Part shown: positions 12,780 to 24,110 of the stretch, one piece after another
Layout: every line of letters begins with the position of its first letter
Position numbering within the stretch: position 1 is the first letter of the stretch
Source: Octopus bimaculoides
Taxonomy: Eukaryota
Assembly (NCBI RefSeq): GCF_001194135.2
Contig: NC_068988.1
Coordinates: 72,511,069 to 72,560,054 of the forward strand
Length of the DNA: 48,986 nucleotides
Reading direction: 5' to 3'
Made by a program: the position numbers and the translations under genes
The notes under the pieces: model-generated
Databases searched by the model: none
Told to the model about the DNA's origin: nothing
The model's input: the letters and a program-made list of their open reading frames with translations, nothing else

Positions 12780-13125
12780 GCGATTTACGGAGGCTCTCGG
12801 CTTCGGCAACAGTTCAAATTTGCTTTGCTGCATTTTCTTTCATCGTTAGAGAAAAAGCAGCGACAATAGGTCGATCATATGAAAGGACACTGGACGCTGT
12901 CGTTTATTGACAGATGTTTACACTATATTTGAGATAACTGTCTGCTTGGTAGCAAAGATAGGCTTTATCTTGCACTGGTTGTTGGAGATTTATCATGGTA
13001 TTATTAGAATATCAATCTATATAAGAATCTATATTGACAAACTGGCGATTATCTCGACTGTGTATACAACAACCATGCGTTGATTTACGGCTTCAGATTG
13101 ACAGAACAAAGCACATATGCATTGT
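12780..13125. promoter_or_regulatory. Candidate intronic enhancer (Hox/Pbx, Meis, Sox, E-box, Fox motif cluster)
   Basis: TGATTTACGG 13081-90; TGACAG 13099-104 and 12908-13; AACAAAG 13105-11; CATATG 13114-19 and 12876-81; CATTGT 13120-25; ACAATAG 12863-69; CAGATG 12911-16; TGTTTAC 12915-21. Motif matches only. Confidence 0.4.
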
Positions 13126-13199
13126 ATATTGTAGTAGCGATTCTAACGCAACCATATAAACATCGCACCATGTATAAATATACATACAAGCATGTGTGT

Positions 13200-13235
<36 letters not shown>

Positions 13236-13301
13236 ATTTATATATTTATATATTCATATATANNNNNNNNNNTGTGTGTGTATTTATATATTTATATATT
13301 C

Positions 13302-13333
<32 letters not shown>

Positions 13334-13428
13334 CAATTTATATACATATATATATACACACATACATATATATATTCATATATACATGTATATATTCATA
13401 TATATATATGTATGTATGTGTATATATG

Positions 13429-13509
<81 letters not shown>

Positions 13510-15016
13510 CATCCATNNNNNNNNNNNNNNNNNNNNNNNNNNNNNNNNNNNNNNNNNNNNNNNNNNNNNNNNNNNNNNNNNNNNNNNNNNNNNNNNNNNN
13601 NNNNNNNNNNNNNNNNNNNNNNNNNNNNNNNNNNNNNNNNNNNNNNNNNNNNNNNNNNNNNNNNNNNNNNNNNNNNNNNNNNNNNNNNNNNNNNNNNNNN
13701 NNNNNNNNNNNNNNNNNNNNNNNNNNNNNNNNNNNNNNNNNNNNNNNNNNNNNNNNNNNNNNNNNNNNNNNNNNNNNNNNNNNNNNNNNNNNNNNNNNNN
13801 NNNNNNNNNNNNNNNNNNNNNNNNNNNNNNNNNNNNNNNNNNNNNNNNNNNNNNNNNNNNNNNNNNNNNNNNNNNNNNNNNNNNNNNNNNNNNNNNNNNN
13901 NNNNNNNNNNNNNNNNNNNNNNNNNNNNNNNNNNNNNNNNNNNNNNNNNNNNNNNNNNNNNNNNNNNNNNNNNNNNNNNNNNNNNNNNNNNNNNNNNNNN
14001 NNNNNNNNNNNNNNNNNNNNNNNNNNNNNNNNNNNNNNNNNNNNNNNNNNNNNNNNNNNNNNNNNNNNNNNNNNNNNNNNNNNNNNNNNNNNNNNNNNNN
14101 NNNNNNNNNNNNNNNNNNNNNNNNNNNNNNNNNNNNNNNNNNNNNNNNNNNNNNNNNNNNNNNNNNNNNNNNNNNNNNNNNNNNNNNNNNNNNNNNNNNN
14201 NNNNNNNNNNNNNNNNNNNNNNNNNNNNNNNNNNNNNNNNNNNNNNNNNNNNNNNNNNNNNNNNNNNNNNNNNNNNNNNNNNNNNNNNNNNNNNNNNNNN
14301 NNNNNNNNNNNNNNGTGGTGGTGGTGGTGGTGGTGGTGGTTTGTGTATCTGTGATGTGTGATGCAAGGTGTTGTAGGGTATTGTAAGATGTTGCAGAGGG
14401 TTGATGGGCAAGTTTGGGTGTTAGGGTAATGTACAGGGAAGGTGTTAAGCAATAAGTTCTTCTAGCTTGCCTAGCAATGGCATCAGACCACTATAACAGC
14501 CCAGTATAGAAGCTTTAATCTACTTCAGTGTTGCCAAAGTCTCAGAAAGACGAATGCTGTATTTGTCGATAGAAAACCAACCAGCAACCGGAAACTGAAC
14601 GGCCATATTGTATCCTTTACTTCCGATTCTGTCACCAACAACCAGAATGGTAGAAACTAATTACATTTAAGTGTCTGCGTGTTTGCTTGCATATGTATGT
14701 TTACGAAATTTTCTTGTTCGCTTGTATTCGTGTGTATATGTATGTGTGTCAGTGTGTGTGTGTGTGTGCGCGCGCGTGTATGTGTGTTCATGTATATTAG
14801 TGTTTGTGTGCGTGTGTGTGTGTGAGAGAGAGAGTCAAAGAGGGGGGAGTACGAGTAGATAGCTGCATGGATTGTTAGTTGTTTATTTACTCAAGGGTGT
14901 ACAATAATGTTTACATTTTTCTTTATGACTAAGTGTCTGTGTGTGTACACTTTAATTGCTTACGTGTATATGTGGCGGAGAAACATGTTTATATATGCAC
15001 ATGTATATTTATATAC

Positions 15017-15152
15017 GAGTGGCATTGTGATTAAAGTGTTTTTCTCATGATCATAAGGTTGTGGGTTCAGCTGCAGGACCAGGCGCTGCTGTTTCCTTGA
15101 GCAAAACACTTCATTTCACGTTGCTCCTGGGTTACTCAGCTTAAAAGGAGTA
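15017..15152 (+). mobile_element. Decayed tRNA-derived SINE (TTGAGCAAAACACT-core family)
   Basis: Degenerate A/B boxes followed by CCTTGAGCAAAACACTTCATTTCACGTTGCTCC...ACTCAGCT; similar to 16935-17062. Confidence 0.65.
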
Positions 15153-15186
15153 TCATCCGAGTACTGCTGATCCAACAGTCTCCCTT

Positions 15187-15239
<53 letters not shown>

Positions 15240-16762
15240 AGCTGCCACATTTCCAATGCTCCACTGGATCAAGGGTAGCAGGGCCGGCCAGGACAGTATC
15301 TATGTCTACTCACGACTATAAAAAAAGGCATCTAAAACGACGAGAGAAAGCAAGGTACTAGCCGCCTACCTGGTCATACTCGCTTGCAACTGATGGTTAA
15401 CCATGCATGCATCCATGTATACATAAGTGCATATTTATGCTTCTGTATAACTAGATATAGAAATGACTGTTTTTATACATCCATATATTCCTTTCTATGG
15501 ATACTATTGGGTGTATAGAAAGGAGAGTGCTATTGTGACTGAGTGTGTGGAAATGTTACTATTAGACTGTGTGTAAGAGTGAATGTGCAACGTGTATTAT
15601 TGTCTAAGTTTTAAATCGCAGTACGTTACGTGTATGCGTTGAATGCTCATCTGTTACATGCATGCGTTTCATATACGATTGTGTGTATTAAGTCTGCGCG
15701 CGATATGTCTACATTCAATCTGCGACTTGGTACATATATGTGTGTATGTGTTTCACATTACATGCAAAGCGGTACAAGACTGTTTTCGGAGTTCTCAATG
15801 GGTATTCAATAACTCGAAAGACGCTGTTTGACAGTTCATTTCGGCACACATATTCATCTTCATTGCTTTTATATTCAAATCCACGTGATGGACTGCTATG
15901 CTTTAAGTTCCGTCTCTTCACACGTATTCCGAAAAGATTCAAGCTGAAGATCAACAGCATTGACCTTACCAGTCTGACTGTGAGCCTTCATCCTCTTCAA
16001 ACACATGCAATACACATATGTAATGTACAACGATATACATGTATTACAGGTGTCACATTTAATACGTATGGTATATGTAATCAGGGTCTCAAACAGATGG
16101 GGACTGACCCGATACATCGGTCCTGGACTCGGAGATTCAGGAGTGGGGAGGGAGATCTAGATGGTCACAGAGTTATGGATTTATTCTCTCTTCTTTATTT
16201 CTTCACTATAGGTTTATGTCGCAACCGCAAGTAATATATAATTATTGCATTACACTTTTTCAGTGAATTTATATTTTACGAGGACGTGTTGAAGTATACT
16301 CTATTGAGTTCATGTAAGACTTTTTTGCCGTATAAATAATGCCCCCAGATATTTAATTCCAAGCTGAACACTTCTTCATGTGTTCACTACTTGAAAGATG
16401 GTATTAGCCCGGTTAGATATAAACCCACCAGCTTCGGTAGATTTGTTCGTTCCTATCACTTGTACGCCCACTCCACGTGACTGCAATATTTTTTACTAGT
16501 CACAGGGAATATTGTCTTTTGAACACCTCCTGATAAAGTGATCAGTTACAGAAGTTAATGTTTTCCACGGAAGAAGGCTATAAGTTGATACTTCAGATAT
16601 TTCCTGAATACGGAGAGTATAAGAGATTTGTTCTACTTCTTCACTTGACATAAGTCGAAGTCTCGAACAACTTTTAAAATACTAATTACCGTTATTCACT
16701 GAGCGCTTTCAATGGAGTGTAACTCAGACAAGCTGGGATGTACTCTACTGAGGTTAATTGTG

Positions 16763-16796
<34 letters not shown>

Positions 16797-16934
16797 TCCA
16801 GCACAATAAACCCTTACAAACGCATTGAGTTCTCTGTTTCTTAAATCTCCTATTACATGGTAACAGCCTAATTACGCGCAAAGTACCTTGATATTCATGG
16901 TACGATTATATTTTCTAATGTACTTTCTTTTTCA

Positions 16935-17062
16935 GCCAAGCGGTTAGGGTCTTAGATTCACATTTTTATGAAACCGTGAGTTTGATTTCTAGATCTGGCG
17001 ATGCGTTGTGTCATTGAGCAAAACACTTTACTCCCTCAGTTTGCTCAGCTGAAAATGAGTAC
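16935..17062 (+). mobile_element. Decayed tRNA-derived SINE, same family as 15017-15152
   Basis: Shares TTGAGCAAAACACTT and CTCAGCT...AAAA.GAGTA with the 15017 copy. Confidence 0.6.
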
Positions 17063-17593
17063 TAACAACAGCATGGTAGTTAACGGTGTAACAGATTAAT
17101 GCCCAATTCAGAGAGAGAGCAATGTGTTCTCAATCGCTTACACATCTCGGAAACTGGGAATAGGCTCCGGTCAAGTGAGACTATAGACTGGAAACCTCAC
17201 CTCTGCTTATTGTACGTGTGTGTTTGTGTGCGTGTGTGTCTGTGTCTGTGTGTGTGTGTTCAAATATAAATTAGAAGCATGTCGAAAGATATAAACAATA
17301 TGGAACACTCATACACAAGGTATGTGTTTTGCTTTGGTGTTAAACACCAAGCGAATTCATGGGAATATATTCTCTTACGCCTATAAGCGCAGCCTACCCA
17401 CGAAATATCAAAACACGTACCTTATGTATGTTGTTCGATATTGTTTATATCGTTCGAGATGCTTCTAATTCATATTTGAATATATACATATACATAAAGA
17501 CATGCACACACACACGCACGCACGCACACACACACACACACATACACTTATTCTTTTATTCTTTTACTTGTTTCAGTCACTTGACTTGCAGCC

Positions 17594-17624
<31 letters not shown>

Positions 17625-17861
17625 TGTATGTATGCATGCATGCATGTATGTTTGTATGTATGTATGTATGTATGTATGTATGTTTGTATGTATGTATGCA
17701 TGTATGTATGTATGTACACTTCATAACTCAAAACGTGAATTATTGCTCTAAACGCGGATATATTTCATGTTATCGAGTTCTCTGTCCAGATGATTTTATA
17801 AGTATTTTACAGAAAATAGTAACTTATATTTAGGCGATTATAATTCTCTGTCTCTGTCTCA

Positions 17862-17897
<36 letters not shown>

Positions 17898-17928
17898 CTC
17901 TCTCCCTCGCTCTGTCTCTCTCCTTTCT

Positions 17929-17979
<51 letters not shown>

Positions 17980-19630
17980 GGTGCAAAGACAAGGTAGTGC
18001 GGACGAAAGAGAGAAGAGAAAGAAGAATTGTGGGTAAACGGGGAACACGAGAAGGAAAATGTGAAAAATAGATTCTAACATGTGTGTGTAAGTATGAAAG
18101 AGGGATTGTTGATAAAGGAGAGGGTAGAGTAGAGAACTGAATAAGAGAGAGGAGAGAAAAGGGGAGTTTTGTACATACAAATAGTGGTAATATCGCTTTT
18201 TTACTAAGGAGACAACGGGATGTTAAAACATATTTGACTTTCTAAAGAGCATCAGTGGTGTAAACGTAACAAAAATCTCATGAATCGAAAACGGAAACCA
18301 GCCCGCAAACTCTCTCGTTCGGATTCTATTTAATGGTCAATAATATATGTTACATCGTACACCTCTTGGTCAAGTAACACTTGAGAGTGGGGTTTCCAAA
18401 TAACTAGCTTCAAATATATTATTAGCAATTAGAGTTCAAATTACTTTGAAATATTTTCATCAGATGTTATCCTCTACTTCCCTTATCATAACTTATAAAT
18501 CAAGTTTTAAGGAGATAATTATTTCTTCAAATTTTAACAGTTCAACTTTTAAATGAATAATTGAATCAATTTTACATCTAAATTAATTTGAAAAATTATT
18601 GTATATAAATTATTGTATATAATTTTTTCTTCCTAACTTCAGCTTATCGATGATCCAACACGGAGCAGGTGAATAGCTGTATACAGTAACATAATATATT
18701 TTTTCACAATAATGCCCCAAACTAAATGAAAGTCACAGAAGAATTCTATGGTAAAAATCAGAAATATATAAAAGAAAAAATAGTAGTGGTTTTATAACAA
18801 CATAATAAAATCATCTAAACATATAAATAAAATAAAAGTAAAGTTTGATAGCATCGCCAGTGTTAATATTAATAGGGTGGACACTGTTAACATAAATACC
18901 AAACTTGCCATAAACGGTAAATTTCTCTAGAATTTAAAGAAAACCACTTCTACACACGAAGGACGTGAATACAAATTAGATTATTTTCCTCCGTCACTGT
19001 CTTCCCTGTCTCTTTTTCTTTCCCTCTCTCTCTCACTTCATGTATATATATATAGAGAGAGAGAGAGGGAGAGAGAAAGAGAGAGAGAGAGATAGAGAAA
19101 GGAAAAGAGATGTATATATATATATACACACAAATATACAAATATGTGTGTGTGTGTGTGTGTGTGCGTGTGTATTTATATACGTATATATATNNNNNNN
19201 NNNNNNNNNNNNNNNNNNNNNNNNNNNNNNNNNNNNNNNNNNNNNNNNNNNNNNNNNNNNNNNNNNNNNNNNNNNNNNNNNNNNNNNNNNNNNNNNNNNN
19301 NNNNNNNNNNNNNNNNNNNNNNNNNNNNNNNNNNNNNNNNNNNNNNNNNNNNNNNNNNNNNNNNNNNNNNNNNNNNNNNNNNNNNNNNNNNNNNNNNNNN
19401 NNNNNNNNNNNNNNNNNNNNNNNNNNNNNNNNNNNNNNNNNNNNNNNNNNNNNNNNNNNNNNNNNNNNNNNNNNNNNNNNNNNNNNNNNNNNNNNNNNNN
19501 NNNNNNNNNNNNNNNNNNNNNNNNNNNNNNNNNNNNNNNNNNNNNNNNNNNNNNNNNNNNNNNNNNNNNNNNNNNNNNNNNNNNNNNNNNNNNNTATACA
19601 CTGAACGACAAAGAGACAAACAGAAATGCC

Positions 19631-19644
19631 CCACCAGATGGCGG
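19631..19644 (+). promoter_or_regulatory. CTCF-core match overlapping a NeuroD/Neurogenin-type E-box
   Basis: CCACCAGATGGCGG fits CCASYAGRKGGCRS at all 14 positions and contains CAGATGG. Confidence 0.45.
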
Positions 19645-20907
19645 TGAGTCTTTCGAACAAGCGCTTCTGATTAATGTCTCACCGCCCTTCTCAGACAAAA
19701 ACAAATAACGTGCAATAAAAGAGATAATATCAATTTCTGCATTAATATATTCTCCCTTTTGACATGTTCGCATTTTGTTTTCTTTTCTATCGTCTGTCAC
19801 TGGGCAGCTTTCTTCTTCTTCTTCTTCTTCACCATCATCATCATCGACTTCTCCTCCTCCTCTCCCACCACCTCCTCTTGTCATTTTTATTTTCAGTCCT
19901 GTCCTTTTTCTCCTCTTTTTTTTCTCTTCTTCTACCCTCCTCCTACTGTCACTATTCTACATTTTTTTCCCTCATTCTTCTTCATCTTATTTTTCTGTCA
20001 TATTTATTTCTATTTTTTTATTTATATTTACATATATTTATTCCTTCATTATTTTTCGAACAACTTTCTTCAGAATTACAGTTTATGTCTTTCATTTCGT
20101 AGTTCAATTCCATTTTAACACTGGTGACAAAAAAAAAATGACAAATAATTTCGTTTTTCATCTCCCTCCTCCCCACAATTACACACTCCACCTCGTTCAT
20201 AAATTCGTTGTAATCTTATTTTCTTGTTTCGCCTCTTTCGCTTGTTTATTACTTTATTTTGAGTCGTTGTTGGTTCCTTGTTTGCATTTATCTCCCTCTT
20301 TCTAATATAACATCTTAGATTTGCGGTCGTTTTCCCCATCTTCAGTTTCACCCATCATGTTAACAAATCTGATGAATTATTTCCTGCTGAAATCGATTTA
20401 ATCTTTGTTTAGTCAATTATTGTTCATTAAAATTCAACAATACTCAATAACTTTTAGCTGGGCAATTAGATTATCTAACATCTGCCTTAGCGGTCCGACA
20501 AATAGATTTCGCTAAAATAAAAGATAGACTGAATTAAGTACTAGGACGATATGATCAATTAAACACTTGAACGCTGTGCTCCAGTATGGCTACAGTCTAA
20601 CGATTGAAACCAGTTTGAAAAAAATACAAATATGTTTTGTTTTGTTGTTGTTTAGCACCAAGTCAACCCTGAATCATCAAACCTCTGATGACACACGTTC
20701 CAGTAGTTACCAATCTGTCTTTTTGTATATCGCGGACAACTTTGTCCAATATGGCTTTCCCTTATCTCTCTCTTTATATATATATGTGTGTGTGTCGGAT
20801 AACCAGTGTAACATTGGTTTCATGTTAACAGAGATATTTTCCACAACATGAAACTATTTGTAATCTGCTTTACTCGCAAATAATATGTGTGTGTGTGTGT
20901 GTGTGTA

Positions 20908-20942
<35 letters not shown>

Positions 20943-21016
20943 GACTAAGGTGTAGGTACAGAAGGTGGTCAAACTCTGTGTAAGGAGTAGACAACCACCA
21001 AGCATAATGTATATAA

Positions 21017-21084
21017 AGGTGGTGCTCCAGCATAGCCGCAGTCAAATGACTGAAACAAATAAAAGAATAAAAGAATAAAAGAAT
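21017..21084 (+). mobile_element. SINE 3' end with (AAAAGAAT)n tail
   Basis: GGTGCTCCAGCATAGCCGCAGTCAAATGACTGAAACAAAT-AAAAGAAT x3; reverse-complement relatives at 43344-43514 and 17560-17596. Confidence 0.7.
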
Positions 21085-21101
21085 ATATATATATACATAT
21101 G

Positions 21102-21134
<33 letters not shown>

Positions 21135-22172
21135 ATGCATATAAATATATATATATNNNNNNNNNNNNNNNNNNNNNNNNNNNNNNNNNNNNNNNNNNNN
21201 NNNNNNNNNNNNNNNNNNNNNNNNNNNNNNNNNNNNNNNNNNNNNNNNNNNNNNNNNNNNNNNNNNNNNNNNNNNNNNNNNNNNNNNNNNNNNNNNNNNN
21301 NNNNNNNNNNNNNNNNNNNNNNNNNNNNNNNNNNNNNNNNNNNNNNNNNNNNNNNNNNNNNNNNNNNNNNNNNNNNNNNNNNNNNNNNNNNNNNNNNNNN
21401 NNNNNNNNNNNNNNNNNNNNNNNNNNNNNNNNNNNNNNNNNNNNNNNNNNNNNNNNNNNNNNNNNNNNNNNNNNNNNNNNNNNNNNNNNNNNNNNNNNNN
21501 NNNNNNNNNNNNNNNNNNNNNNNNNNNNNNNNNNNNNNNNNNNNNNNNNNNNNNNNNNNNNNNNNNNNNNNNNNNNNNNNNNNNNNNNNNNNNNNNNNNN
21601 NNNNNNNNNNNNNNNNNNNNNNNNNNNNNNNNNNNNNNNNNNNNNNNNNNNNNNNNNNNNNNNNNNNNNNNNNNNNNNNNNNNNNNNNNNNNNNNNNNNN
21701 NNNNNNNNNNNNNNNNNNNNNNNNNNNNNNNNNNNNNNNNNNNNNNNNNNNNNNNNNNNNNNNNNNNNNNCCCCTGCCTTTCCTTCACACACACTTTCAC
21801 AATCGACTGGTAGAGCCTCGTTCAACCCGCCTCCTGAAAATGGAGGAACTAACAAGATCTTTCCATCCACCATGAGAAAAACATCCAAAGTTATCAGGTT
21901 TAAAATATCTTAAATGCAAATGGGAATCAAAATGTATGAATAATAATTAAAAGAAACTTTTACAATCATTTCTTTTTTTGTTCTCACTTTTGTCATAAAA
22001 TAATCATTAGGTTAATGAGCTTTAACTACTATGATAATTAATGAACGCAGACCTTTGAACTTCGATTTTCTTATCAAGTCTTAATTCGAATATAGCAAGC
22101 TTTTTCTTCAATTTTTGATTACGGTTGTAAAAATTCGCTCCATTTACAGCACTAACATTAGTTCCAAATTTG

Positions 22173-22336
22173 GTCGATTACATCAACCTTGATTATCAAC
22201 TAGTACTTATTTTATCGAACCCGAAGGATGAAAGGCAATGTCGACGCCGGCGGGACTGGAACCCAGAGCATAAAGACGGACGAAATGTTGTTAAGCATTT
22301 TGCCCGAGGTGCTAACGGTCCTGTCAGCCCGCAGCC
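22173..22336 (-). mobile_element. tRNA-derived SINE (GCTGGCAGAATCGTTAGCAC-head family)
   Basis: Homologous by eye to copies at 22370, 23895, 26077 and 37574. Confidence 0.85.
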
Positions 22337-22369
22337 TTAATTTACTGCACTAATATTAAAAAACACAAT

Positions 22370-22470
22370 AGGGCGGAAAGCCAGCAGAATCGTTAGCACC
22401 CCGGGCAAACAATTTTGTGGCATTTCGTCAGTCGTTACGTTCTAAGTTCAAATTCCACCGAGGTCAAGTC
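22370..22470 (+). mobile_element. SINE head, same family, divergent from the 22173-22336 copy
   Basis: GCAGAATCGTTAGCAC...GTTCTAAGTTCAAATTCC (B box-like). Confidence 0.8.
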
Positions 22471-22754
22471 TCTAATTGTTTCATTACTTTGGCACTATAT
22501 CGAATGACTGAACCAAAATTTCTGATAAAAATCAGAAATACATGTACGTTAACGCATGCATGCAAACATGCCTACCTAACAGCCTGAGCTTGAAGTGAAC
22601 TAGGAAACTATGCGTAATGTCTATTAGAAACAATTTAAAAGTATCCAATTGTTTTATTATATTCAAAATAATTTAAACATTTCTACTAATGAGACAATTT
22701 GTATCTTTCATTGCAAACTAACAGAATAGTTATACAGAGGTACTAGTCTGATTC

Positions 22755-22850
22755 ACTATGCATAAAATGCGGGGGAAGGTCTTTTCCTGAGATTCAGAGC
22801 AGTATTGACGTGCGTGATTCGAACCAATGACTGAGCAGCTGATAAGTATT
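22755..22850. promoter_or_regulatory. Promoter-like motif cluster (candidate NeuroD promoter or enhancer)
   Basis: TGACGT 22806-11; AACCAATGA 22822-30 (NF-Y consensus); GCAGCTG 22835-41; GATAAG 22841-46; ATGCATAA 22758-65. Confidence 0.35.
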
Positions 22851-23501
22851 TGGTGTAACGATTTAACCAGCTACCACTCACAGTATCGGTGATATAACTG
22901 CTTATATGTGTGGTGACAACTGTTATTTATCATCAATGATGTTGTTGTACTGCATACTTTGTTATTTGTTGGCAACACTCACACGCATCATTTGTTATCA
23001 ACTCCCTCTACAACTGCTGCACCATTTCCTTTTTGATCCGTATAATTAGAAGTGAGCAGAAATAAATTGTGCCATTAACAGAACAAATATTGAACGGATA
23101 TAAGGGTTATAAAGCCATCTTATGCCGTTGGTTATAGCTCTCTGAATTGTTCTGAAGAATTGTTTGCATTTGTTTAACGGGGAATGCAAGCGTCATAAGT
23201 CGAATGATCTATTTCATGCGTGCGTGTGCAAAACACACACACACACGCACACGCACACGTACATATACACACACGCTAGCACATACTTCAGTTTATCCCG
23301 TTTACAATGGAACTCAATGCATAGAAAACTCTCAAACTTTACTACTGTTCGTATGTGATATGACCGTTCACTTTCCTTTTCGTGATTTTAACATATTCAA
23401 GTACACATACACATGTATATTTATGTATATATGCATAAATATACATGAACATATACATATGTATATATACATATATATATGTACATATATATATATATAT
23501 G

Positions 23502-23539
<38 letters not shown>

Positions 23540-23759
23540 TATGTTTCTTTCTGTATTCCTTTATGCGGAAGAGCGTAGACTCGAAACGTTAAAGACTTTT
23601 TCACTTCCCGAGCGTTAAACTAATACATCTGTTTGTTGTCTACACCACCTGTCTTCGTCTTTTGTTTTTTTGTGAATCTCCCCTATATATATATATGTGT
23701 GTGTGTGTACATGTATGTATGTATGCATGCATGTATGTATGTATGCATGTATGTATGTA

Positions 23760-23792
<33 letters not shown>

Positions 23793-23894
23793 GTATACGT
23801 ATAGGAAATTCATTTGAATCCTACTGAGAAAATAACCTTTCTTTATATAAATTGAGGACACAAATATAACAACTGATATCTTCTGTTAAATATT

Positions 23895-24110
23895 TCTTTC
23901 TACTATAGGCACAAGTCCCTGTAATTGCTGGGAGGAGGGGCTCGTTGATTACATCGCCGACCCCCCCCCCACCCCCATTGCTCAAATGGTACTTATTTTA
24001 TCGACCAAAGGAAAGATGAAAGTCGACCTCAGCAGCTTTTGAACGTAAAGACGGACGAAATGCCGCCATGAATTTTTCTTGGTGTGCTAACGGTTCAGTC
24101 AACTCATTGT
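23895..24110 (-). mobile_element. tRNA-derived SINE, near full length, decayed
   Basis: TACTTATTTTATCGACC...AAAGTCGACCTC...AAAGACGGACGAAATGCC...GTGCTAACG shared with 22173-22336. Confidence 0.8.

Noticed and set aside
14466-14478. RFX-like CTTGCCTAGCAAT
   Set aside because: An isolated 11/13 match with both terminal bases wrong and no supporting context.
16270-16680. Possible second mariner remnant (TACGAGGACGTGTTGAA end; KILQSR on minus)
   Set aside because: Too degenerate to align with confidence by eye, and no partner TIR was found.
19033-19884. Acidic ORF MTRGGGGRGGGEVDDDDGEEEEEEE as a NeuroD coding exon
   Set aside because: Derived from purine-rich simple repeats; NeuroD already has its own acidic N-terminus after the ATG at 11740.
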